Assembly (NCBI GenBank): GCA_026391715.1
Contig: JAPLDO010000045.1
Location: 7,189 to 71,188 of the forward strand
From: Bacteroidota bacterium
GTDB lineage: Bacteria > Bacteroidota > Bacteroidia > Bacteroidales > FEN-979
Length of the DNA: 64,000 nucleotides
Direction of reading: 5' to 3'
In this document: in pieces, positions 16,968-25,150 of the stretch
Position numbering within the stretch: position 1 is the stretch's first letter
Layout: each line of letters starts with the position of its first letter
Notes under the pieces: generated by a model
What the model was told of the DNA's origin: nothing
The model's input: the letters and a program-made list of their open reading frames with translations, nothing else
The model's database searches: none
Translations under genes and position numbers: made by a program

Positions 16968-18722
16968 TTACAGCGCAATAAGGAAAGATGTGAGATTTTG
17001 ATCATCTCCCACGTTCAATTTCTTTTTAATCTGGTATTTGGCAGATTCAATAGTCCTGATACTCCTGTTGAGCATAAGGGCAATCTCTTTGGTGGAGAGG
17101 TCGAGCCTGACCATGGCGCATATTTTCCGGTCGTTGGTTGTCATATCCGGAAAGCGTACAGCCAGTTTTGCCAGGAAGGCGGGATGGATATTTTCGAAAT
17201 ATTTTTCAAACTCTTCCCACAGATTGTCATCAATAGGTTTAATAAATTCGTCAACAAGACTTTGCAAAACAGTCTGTCCTTCTGGGTTAACTAACGGGAC
17301 GAGCGCGGCAAGTTTTTCTGCAAATGCTGCCTTTTTCTCCGCGTCGCCGGCAAGGTGAAGGGCTTTGGAAGTGAGCGCCTGGCTCATTTTCACCATATCC
17401 TCTTTTGCCTCCTGAGCCTCTTGTTCTGATTTGATTTTATTGAGGATTAGTTGTTTTCTTTTACGGATAAAGATACCGGCTAAAAAAACGGCAGTCAACA
17501 ATGCGGCGAGAGCGAATGCCGTAAGCATCCATTGGCGTAGTTTATGAACCTGGATGTCGGATTTAAGGAGATCGTTTTCAGCGCCCTTTTTCTCTGTTTC
17601 ATACCGGATGCTCAGCTCTTCGATCACCTTTGTCTTTTCTACCGACGCCAGGGTATCTTTCAGCGCAGTATATCGTTTAAAGAAATCCAGGGCAAGGCGA
17701 TATTGTTGCAGCGTATCATACACCCGGCTGTAAAAGTGAAAAATCTGGGATTGCAGACCGGGATCGTTTTCGGGGGTATTCAGCCTTTCAGCGTTGGTAA
17801 GGTTGCTGAGCGCCTCATTCCAGTGCGCCTGCTGGTAGTGAATATCGGCAAGGTCGAGGTAAACGGCGGCTTCCGCCCATGTATTACGGATTTGCCGGAT
17901 CAACGGCAGCGCTTTGGCATACCAGGAAAATGCATTCTTAAAATCACCCTTCGATTTATAGAGCTGGGCAAGATTATTGGTTGCCACTGCCATACCGAAA
18001 ATGATTTGGCGCTGCCGGTAAAAATCGAGCGCTCTGTTAAAATAAATTTCCGCTTCTCTAAAATTTCCGGTCCATTTATAAGCAGCGCCGAGGTTTACGC
18101 CTGCATCAGCCATCATCCGCTCATCATTTTCTCCGGTAAAAATCTCAAGGGCTTTATGATGCGCAGTTAACGCTTGATCATACTTTTTTAGCTGTTCATA
18201 AACCAGTCCCAGACTCATATACACGCGAGCCTGTTTTGTCAAATCCTTCTTTTTAATATACCAGTTGAGCGCCTGGGTATAGCATGCCAATGAATTTTCA
18301 AAAGAACCAATCTGCGACCACGCAATCCCCAGATTATTGATAACCTTTGCCTTGCCTTCTTTATCGTTTAGTGAATCATAAATCCTGACGCTCTCCTGCA
18401 GAAGCATAACCGCCTGCCTGTTTTGCTGCATCATCAACATTGGAATTGCAATATCATTCAGGGCGTCAGCCTCAAGAACCCGATCTTTCATAGCGAGAGC
18501 CTGCTCTCTCTCTTCTACGGCGTATTTAAGCGCCTTTGCCGGATCCAATGACTTATAGATTTTACCCAGAGCCTTGAGCGCATCGAACCTGGCTTTTCCT
18601 GCTGATCCGCTAACGACATTCAGCAAACTATCAACATTTTTCTGCGCCGACAAGTTGGTATCCGGCATTAACAGCAGCAACACAATCAGAGTAGAAAAAT
18701 GCAGAAGAATCTGTTTTTTCAT
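16968..18722 (-). CDS. TPR-repeat membrane-anchored transcriptional regulator with C-terminal LuxR/GerE HTH
   Basis: Start at M20 (MKKQILLHFSTLIVLLLLM signal). Multiple TPR-like repeats, a TM helix (WMLTAFALAALLTAVFLAGIF), a coiled coil, and the LuxR-type HTH LSTKEIALMLNRSIRTIESAKYQIKKKL. Confidence 0.8.
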   Translation of the reverse strand: MKKQILLHFSTLIVLLLLMPDTNLSAQKNVDSLLNVVSGSAGKARFDALKALGKIYKSLDPAKALKYAVEEREQALAMKDRVLEADALNDIAIPMLMMQQNRQAVMLLQESVRIYDSLNDKEGKAKVINNLGIAWSQIGSFENSLACYTQALNWYIKKKDLTKQARVYMSLGLVYEQLKKYDQALTAHHKALEIFTGENDERMMADAGVNLGAAYKWTGNFREAEIYFNRALDFYRQRQIIFGMAVATNNLAQLYKSKGDFKNAFSWYAKALPLIRQIRNTWAEAAVYLDLADIHYQQAHWNEALSNLTNAERLNTPENDPGLQSQIFHFYSRVYDTLQQYRLALDFFKRYTALKDTLASVEKTKVIEELSIRYETEKKGAENDLLKSDIQVHKLRQWMLTAFALAALLTAVFLAGIFIRKRKQLILNKIKSEQEAQEAKEDMVKMSQALTSKALHLAGDAEKKAAFAEKLAALVPLVNPEGQTVLQSLVDEFIKPIDDNLWEEFEKYFENIHPAFLAKLAVRFPDMTTNDRKICAMVRLDLSTKEIALMLNRSIRTIESAKYQIKKKLNVGDDQNLTSFLIAL

Positions 18723-18767
18723 CAGGAATATGGTTGACGTTTTCAGGATGCCAGGCAGAATAGGTGT

Positions 18768-18775
18768 CAAAGGTA
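18768..18775 (-). promoter_or_regulatory. Candidate -7 box (TACCTTTG on the minus strand) for the TPR/LuxR regulator
   Basis: Plus-strand caaaggta, 45 nt upstream of ATG 18722. It lies inside the longer ORF version, which supports the shorter start. Confidence 0.4.
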
Positions 18776-18968
18776 TCAATATTAATATACAATCTGTGAC
18801 TTCAAACCTATTGATTTCAAAGAGAGCCGGCGCAGTTAGAAAAGAATACGTTACAATAAAACCATATTATTTTGCAAGAATTATATAACGCATTAATATT
18901 CTTATAAAAACAGAGCGATTTATAATATTGTCATCGAACGTTTTGACCGGCGATTAAACAAAATTATA

Positions 18969-18976
18969 TATATTTG
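18969..18976 (+). promoter_or_regulatory. Orphan candidate -7 box TATATTTG
   Basis: Matches TAnnTTTG. It is ~340 nt upstream of the first possible start of the kinase gene and is followed by two small hairpins (ttctgc/gcagaa and ttctaac/gttagaa). Confidence 0.3.
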
Positions 18977-19313
18977 CGTTCTGCTGAAAATGGCGCAGAA
19001 GGTTAAATAAGAATAAAAGGTTTCATTAAATATTACAATAACCACCTTCTAACTCAAAACAGGTTAGAACCATTTATTTATAAAATTTCAAGTCCCAAAT
19101 TTCAAGCGCCAAATCCCAAGGGAAAAACAAGAGAAAGTAATGGTTTGACAATCCTTAAAATCACGGATTTTGAATTTGCGATTTGGATTTTGCGATCAGA
19201 ATGTCATAATTTAACCCGTTTGCAGTAATATAACGTTACCCGGTGCGTCACAAAAATTCAGTCTTCGCCGGAAGTTTGAAAAATGGCTGAACATTGAACC
19301 AAAAACAACTTCT

Positions 19314-21650
19314 TTGCAACCTGTAGAAGACGAAACGCTGAAACGTACTATTTTTGGAGTTGCCAGTGATATATCAAAAATCAAGTTCTCAGAAGAAAAG
19401 TTTGCAAAATTATTTCAAATCAATCCATCGGCTTGTTGTTTGATTGATCCTGACAATCACAAATACCTTGAAGTGAATGAAGCATTTTGCAGTTTGCTTG
19501 GATTCAGCAACCATGAATTAATTGGTAAAACAGCGCTGGATTTAGGTGTTGTAACCCCGGAAATAATACATGCCGTATCGCAGAAAGCCGATACCAATGG
19601 TAAGGTAACCAACGTGGAAACCGAGTTGAAAACGAAAAACGGCGGTATCAAACATGTGCTGTTCTCAGCGGAAAATATCTATCTGCAAGACAAAAAATAC
19701 TGTTTTACTGTTGTTAATGACATCACCGACCGCAAGCAGGTGGAGGAGGCTTTGATTGAAAGCGAAAAACGGCTAAATCTTGCTCTTTCTGTTGCAAAAA
19801 TGGCATATTGGCGATTTGAAATCGCCACTAATAAGGTCGAGTGGTCGGAAGGGCATCAGGTTCTATTCGGCATTTCAATGGAAGAATTTGCAGAAACACT
19901 GGACGATGTACAGAACCATGTTCATGAAGAAGATCGGGAGTATGGCGAAAAAAACCTTGAGAGAACCATAAAAGAGAATGTTCCTTTTGACAATACCTAC
20001 CGTGTAATCTATCCTAACGGCGATATTCATTGGTTACATTCCTTTGGGTACCTTTTCAACAATGCACAAGGCGCTCCTGATCACGTTTTTGGTGTAACTC
20101 AGGATATCACGGATCAGAAAAGTACAGAAAACGAACTTAGAAAATTATCCCGCGCTGTGGAGCAAAGCCCTGCTTCTATTCTAATAACCGAACCTGATGG
20201 GAAAATTGTTTATGGAAATCCCAAAGTTTGTGAACTTACCGGGTATCCAATCGAGGAGTTGCTTGGGCAAAACCCCAGAATTATGCAGTCGGGCGAAACT
20301 CCCAGAGAAACCTATAAAATCCTTTGGGACGCCATCCTTTCAGGTAATGAATACCGAAATGAATTCATTAACAAAAAGAAAAATGGGGAATTATATTGGG
20401 AATCTGTGTCCATTTCTCCTATCGTTGATTCCAGAGGAAAAATAATCAATTTTCTGGCAGTGAAAGAGGATATTAATGAAAGAAAAAAAATGATTGCCAG
20501 TTTACAGGAAGCATTGGTAAAAGCCGAATCCGCAGATCTGTTGAAAAAGGCTTTCATACAGAACATCTCCCACGAAATCCGTACGCCCATGAATAGTATC
20601 CTTGGATTTGGTCAGCTTACCAGCGATCCTGATCTGACACAGTATGAAAGAGAACGCTATTTTACAATAGTAAAAGCAAGCGCCAATCGGTTAATGAATA
20701 CTGTCACCGATTTTATGGATATATCACTCATCATTTCGGGGAATTTAGAAATACAAAAAAAATATTTTTCCTTTGGTGATTTATTAGATTTATTGTATGT
20801 GACTACAGACAAGTTCATGCCTTCCAGTAAAGCTCAAAACATTGGCTTAACCCTTCAAACGCCGCCGATAACAACCAAATTGAACATATATTCCGACTAC
20901 GAATTGTTGCGTAAGGTATTATCCCATTTGTTGTATAATGCCTTTAAGTTTACTAAGCAGGGAACGGTTTCAGTTGGTTTTGAAGTAAAAGGAAACGAGC
21001 TTGAATTTTTTGTTAAAGATACAGGAGTTGGAATAAACAAAGAATTGCAGGCAATCATTTTCGATAAATTCATGCAGGAAAATCCGTTAGATACCCGCGG
21101 ACACGAAGGCAGCGGGTTAGGTTTATCCATCGCAAAAGGTATTGTTGAACTTATGGGTGGCAATATCTGGCTTGAATCTGTGAAGGGCGAAGGTTCCACC
21201 TTCTTTTTCACGATCCCGGTTTATTTGGTCGGCGATGAAAAACAAGTTCAGAAGGAAACCGCAGTAAGTCCAACTGCCAAACCACTTATCCTTATTGCTG
21301 ATGACGAATTATATGCCGGTTTTTTACTGGAACGGATATTTCATAAAAACGGAATTGATGTTATCGTGGTAGAAAACGGACAACAAGCCATTGACGCGTG
21401 CCGCCAAAACCACACGATATCATTGGTAATGATGGATTTGAAAATGCCTGTCATAAATGGTTTTGAAGCCACGAAACAAATAAAATCCTTCAGACCGGAA
21501 CTGCCTGTTATAGCTCTTACTGCCTTTGCTCTGAGTGGCGATGAAAACAGAGCTTTGGAAAATGGTTGCGATGATTATATTTCAAAACCTTTTGAGCAGG
21601 AGGCAATGTTGAATAAACTTAAAAAGTATGGGATCTATACTGAATCGTAA
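19314..21650 (+). CDS. Cytoplasmic PAS-domain hybrid sensor histidine kinase / response-regulator receiver
   Basis: 778 aa from a TTG start. About three PAS/PAC units (DITDRK, DITDQK, EDINERK ends), H-box ISHEIRTPMNSILGF, HATPase G-boxes DTGVGI and GSGLGLSIAKG, and a REC domain (ILIADDE ... LVMMDLKMP ... K in ISKPF). No TM segments. The start is uncertain. Confidence 0.8.
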   Translation: MQPVEDETLKRTIFGVASDISKIKFSEEKFAKLFQINPSACCLIDPDNHKYLEVNEAFCSLLGFSNHELIGKTALDLGVVTPEIIHAVSQKADTNGKVTNVETELKTKNGGIKHVLFSAENIYLQDKKYCFTVVNDITDRKQVEEALIESEKRLNLALSVAKMAYWRFEIATNKVEWSEGHQVLFGISMEEFAETLDDVQNHVHEEDREYGEKNLERTIKENVPFDNTYRVIYPNGDIHWLHSFGYLFNNAQGAPDHVFGVTQDITDQKSTENELRKLSRAVEQSPASILITEPDGKIVYGNPKVCELTGYPIEELLGQNPRIMQSGETPRETYKILWDAILSGNEYRNEFINKKKNGELYWESVSISPIVDSRGKIINFLAVKEDINERKKMIASLQEALVKAESADLLKKAFIQNISHEIRTPMNSILGFGQLTSDPDLTQYERERYFTIVKASANRLMNTVTDFMDISLIISGNLEIQKKYFSFGDLLDLLYVTTDKFMPSSKAQNIGLTLQTPPITTKLNIYSDYELLRKVLSHLLYNAFKFTKQGTVSVGFEVKGNELEFFVKDTGVGINKELQAIIFDKFMQENPLDTRGHEGSGLGLSIAKGIVELMGGNIWLESVKGEGSTFFFTIPVYLVGDEKQVQKETAVSPTAKPLILIADDELYAGFLLERIFHKNGIDVIVVENGQQAIDACRQNHTISLVMMDLKMPVINGFEATKQIKSFRPELPVIALTAFALSGDENRALENGCDDYISKPFEQEAMLNKLKKYGIYTES

Positions 21651-21666
21651 ATAACCAATCTGAAAA

Positions 21667-22305
21667 ATGGACAAACAAACCATACACTCAAAAGGCTTCG
21701 AAATGGCGCTCCTGGCGCTCGATCAATCAAAAGCCGAATCAATCATTCGCAAAGCAGTGGGCGAGGGTTCCCCGATGGATGTTGCCAGTAAACTGGTGTC
21801 GGATACCCTTCACCGCATCGGCGAGGCATGGGAAGATGGGAAACTGGCGCTTTCACAAGTTTATATGAGCGGCGTAATTTGTGAAGCGATTATTGACAAA
21901 CTGCTACCGCCGGCAAGCCCGCTACGAATGGATCAGCCTAAAATGGCAATTGGCGTTTTTGAGGACTATCATCTGCTGGGAAAACGTATAATTTACTCTA
22001 CTTTACGGGCGAGTGGATTTGAATTGATGGATCTTGGCGGCGGATTAAAAACAGATCATCTGGTGAGAATCGTACAAGACGAAAAAATAAAAATCCTGCT
22101 CTTGTCGGTCTTAATGCTCCCATCTGCCCTCAGAGTGAAAGAGGTAAAAGAAAAATTAGCTGACGCTCAGGTGAAAATTGTGGTAGGAGGCGCTCCTTTT
22201 CGTCTTGATAATCAGCTATGGCTTGAAGTAGGCGCCGACGCCTGCGGAAAGGATTCTGCTGACGCGCTGGAAATTGTAACTAAACTGATGGGGGAAAAGG
22301 TATGA
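21667..22305 (+). CDS. Cobalamin (B12)-binding corrinoid protein, MtaC/MtbC-like
   Basis: 212 aa. An N-terminal helical cap is followed by a Rossmann-like domain carrying the canonical cobalamin signature: DxHxxG (DYHLLG, nt 21964-21981), SxL (LSVLM) and GG (VVGGAP). Confidence 0.8.
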   Translation: MDKQTIHSKGFEMALLALDQSKAESIIRKAVGEGSPMDVASKLVSDTLHRIGEAWEDGKLALSQVYMSGVICEAIIDKLLPPASPLRMDQPKMAIGVFEDYHLLGKRIIYSTLRASGFELMDLGGGLKTDHLVRIVQDEKIKILLLSVLMLPSALRVKEVKEKLADAQVKIVVGGAPFRLDNQLWLEVGADACGKDSADALEIVTKLMGEKV

Positions 22306-23348
22306 AAGCCAATGAAATGACGTCAATGCAACGGGTTTTAACAACTCTCTCGCACAAAGAGCCCGACCGTGTTCCACTTTTTTTGCTGCCAACTATGCAT
22401 GGAGCAAAAGAACTTGGACTGAGCATTAAGGATTATTTTTCGAAAGCCGAAAATGTAGTAGAAGGTCAGTTGCGACTACGCAAAAAATATCGCAACGATT
22501 GTATCTATACTTTTTTTTATGCTCCTTTGGAAATAGAAGCATTTGGCGGAGAAGTTATATATTCCGACGATGGCCCGCCAAACTCAGGAATTCCTTTTAT
22601 CAACGCGATTGAAGATATTAAAAACCTGCAACCTCCTAAAATAAAAGAGACAAAAGCGCTTTACAAAGTATTGCAGGCAACTCAGAAACTGAAAGAGGCG
22701 GTAGGCGACGAAGCGCCAATTATTGGCGTAGTCATGTCGCCTTTCTCGTTACCTGTAATGCAGCTTGGTTTTGACAAATATCTGGAGTTAATGCACTTTC
22801 ACAGCGACTTGTTTAACCATCTGATGCAAATCAATGAGGAATTTTGTGTGGACTGGGCAAATGCACAGCTTCAGGCAGGAGCCACAGCCATTTGTTATTT
22901 CGACCCGGTTTCTTCTACCACCATCATTCCCCGTAATAAATACCTTGAAACGGGTTTCCAAATTGCCAAAAGAACAATTTCCCGGATAGCCGGTCCAACT
23001 GCCACCCATTTTGCCTCGGGTAAATGTTTGAGCATTGTAGATGATGTTTCTCAAACAGGTACTGCGGTTGTTGGAACAAGTTCGCTGGAGGATATTGGCG
23101 CGATGAAGCAAGCATGCAGGGGTAAGCTAACCATTCTTGGAAACCTCAACGGAATTGAGATGCGCCGATGGAGCTCTGCCGACGTTAACCTCATCGTTAA
23201 AGAAACTATCCAAAAAGCAGCCCCGGGTGGCGGTTTTATTTTATCCGATAACCATGGAGAAATCCCATTCCAGGTTCCCGATGAAGCGCTGATGGCTATC
23301 TCCGAAGCCGTGCATACATTCGGAAAATATCCAATATCCGACTTTTAA
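22302..23348 (+). CDS. Uroporphyrinogen-decarboxylase (URO-D) family protein, MtaA/MtbA-like methylcobamide methyltransferase
   Basis: 348 aa. The N-terminus MTSMQRVLTTLSHKEPDRVPLF is typical of MT2-type URO-D family proteins. The ATGA start/stop overlap with the corrinoid gene (22302-22305) indicates translational coupling. Confidence 0.7.
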   Translation: MKANEMTSMQRVLTTLSHKEPDRVPLFLLPTMHGAKELGLSIKDYFSKAENVVEGQLRLRKKYRNDCIYTFFYAPLEIEAFGGEVIYSDDGPPNSGIPFINAIEDIKNLQPPKIKETKALYKVLQATQKLKEAVGDEAPIIGVVMSPFSLPVMQLGFDKYLELMHFHSDLFNHLMQINEEFCVDWANAQLQAGATAICYFDPVSSTTIIPRNKYLETGFQIAKRTISRIAGPTATHFASGKCLSIVDDVSQTGTAVVGTSSLEDIGAMKQACRGKLTILGNLNGIEMRRWSSADVNLIVKETIQKAAPGGGFILSDNHGEIPFQVPDEALMAISEAVHTFGKYPISDF

Positions 23349-25111
23349 TGGACCAAAAACTTTGTCTCTACGTTTGCAGCGCTTACCTCCCTGAAGTCAA
23401 TTATGTCCTTCAATCGGGTGATTTTCCTGACGTAGTAGTTAAAAGTTACGCTTACAATTGTATGACCGCTCCGTTTCGTTACGAAGATCTCCAAATTCCT
23501 GATAAGGAATCCAAGGAGAAATTTACCAAAGTACTGTTAATTGCCGGTTCTTGTTTTCGTTTTACAAAAGAAAATTCCGGGGAAACCCGAAAGTTTGCCT
23601 TTCATAAGTTGGATCATTGCATGGAGTTAATCTTCAGTAAAGAAGCAATCAACCATTTTATTGAAAACAGATATTATATAGTCTCCAACGGCTGGCTTGC
23701 AAAATACAGGGAACACATTGCTGCATGGGGTTTTGATGGCGATATGTCGAAGAAGTTTTTTGGCGAGTCAACCAGCAAAATTCTGCTGCTTGAAACCGGT
23801 ATTTCAAGCGACTTCTTACCCCAACTCAAAGCGCTGTCAGATTACATGGGTTTGCCGTATGAGATTTTGCCAATTGGTATTTCGCATTGCCGGATGTTGA
23901 TAGAAACGCTGATTTTTCAATGGCGGGCAGAAAATGAACAAACCCGATTGATCCAACATATTGCAGCAATTTCCAAAAAAACAGCCGATTATGCTTTGGT
24001 TTTTCATCAATTGCAAAATCTTGTTGAACAGACTCACGAAGAGGAAATTGTCCAGAATATATTTGAGATGCTCAATATCTTTTTTTCCCCAGCAACAATG
24101 GACTATTACCCTATCGAAAATCAACTTCGCATCGGAAAGATATCCTATAATATAAATAGCCCTGTTACATCGGCGCCTTCATTGGCTGGGTTTACCATTG
24201 AGGTTGCTCAACAGGGTGAACTGCTGGGGGTATTTGAGCTTTCAGGTATTGCATTTCCCGGGTTCATGGAGCAATACAAAGATATGAGGCAAATTATCGG
24301 CAGGATGAGCTCATTGGCTATTGCCAATGCAAGGAAATACAAAATTATCCAGGCAAACGAGATGCAGCTTCAGGCGGATGCCATTGAACTCAAGGCGCTA
24401 AATGACAATAAGGATAAATTCTTTTCAATCATCGCTCACGACCTGCGCAGCCCATTCAATGTATTTTTAGGATTGACCAGGTTAATGTCTGAGGATTTAA
24501 GGGATTTGACACATACCGAGATTCAGAAGATGGCAGTGGTTATGAGAAACTCGGCAACCAATCTCTTCCAGTTACTCGAAAACCTGCTTGAGTGGTCGCG
24601 CTCACAAAGGGGATTAATCAAATTTATGCCCGAATCGTTTTTATTGACGTCAATGATTGCCGAAAGCATGCGCCCGTTAATGGATTCAGCCAGTAAAAAG
24701 GGCATTGGAATCAACTACGAAATCCCAAACGATCTGAAAGTTTTTGCTGATGAATCCATGCTGGCGTCAACTATTCGCAATCTGGCTTCCAACGCCGTAA
24801 AATTCAGTCGTAACGGAGGTAATGTCATTATTGCCGCAAAGCCGATACCCGGCAATTCAGTTGAAATTTCCGTAAGGGACACGGGCATTGGAATGAGCGC
24901 CAAAATGGTCAATGATTTATTCCGGCTCGATGTTCAGACAAACCGAAAGGGGACCGATGGCGAACCCAGCGCCGGTTTGGGATTACTGCTTTGCAAGGAT
25001 TTCATCGAAAAGCAGGGTGGAAAGGTATGGGTAGAGAGTGAAGAGGGAAAAGGAAGTATCTTTTTTTTTACCATTCCTCACGAGAAACCTCTTATAGTGA
25101 AAACGGGATAA
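23348..25111 (+). CDS. Sensor histidine kinase with DUF1638-like N-terminal domain and GAF-like middle domain
   Basis: 587 aa with no TM segments. The N-terminal ~200 aa (LCLYVCSAYLPEVNYVL, LLIAGSCF, YYIVSNGWLAKY) resemble DUF1638 by recall. H-box FFSIIAHDLRSPFN, HATPase boxes RDTGIGM and SAGLGLLLCKD. TAATG overlap with the upstream gene (23346-23350). Confidence 0.75.
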   Translation: MDQKLCLYVCSAYLPEVNYVLQSGDFPDVVVKSYAYNCMTAPFRYEDLQIPDKESKEKFTKVLLIAGSCFRFTKENSGETRKFAFHKLDHCMELIFSKEAINHFIENRYYIVSNGWLAKYREHIAAWGFDGDMSKKFFGESTSKILLLETGISSDFLPQLKALSDYMGLPYEILPIGISHCRMLIETLIFQWRAENEQTRLIQHIAAISKKTADYALVFHQLQNLVEQTHEEEIVQNIFEMLNIFFSPATMDYYPIENQLRIGKISYNINSPVTSAPSLAGFTIEVAQQGELLGVFELSGIAFPGFMEQYKDMRQIIGRMSSLAIANARKYKIIQANEMQLQADAIELKALNDNKDKFFSIIAHDLRSPFNVFLGLTRLMSEDLRDLTHTEIQKMAVVMRNSATNLFQLLENLLEWSRSQRGLIKFMPESFLLTSMIAESMRPLMDSASKKGIGINYEIPNDLKVFADESMLASTIRNLASNAVKFSRNGGNVIIAAKPIPGNSVEISVRDTGIGMSAKMVNDLFRLDVQTNRKGTDGEPSAGLGLLLCKDFIEKQGGKVWVESEEGKGSIFFFTIPHEKPLIVKTG

Positions 25112-25150
25112 AACGGGCGCTTTAAAAGTTCCAGGTTCAGAACTCCTGAC

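Noticed and set aside
19118-19154. Possible cobalamin riboswitch upstream of the corrinoid-protein operon. AAGGGAA (19118-19124) and GGTTTGACAATCC (19142-19154) resemble the AGGGAA ... GGTGAAAATCC core.
   Set aside because: No B12 box (GCCACTG-like) and no GC-rich pairing partners follow. The surrounding sequence is low-complexity repeat DNA, and the resemblance covers only two short A-rich strings. A covariance-model scan would settle it.
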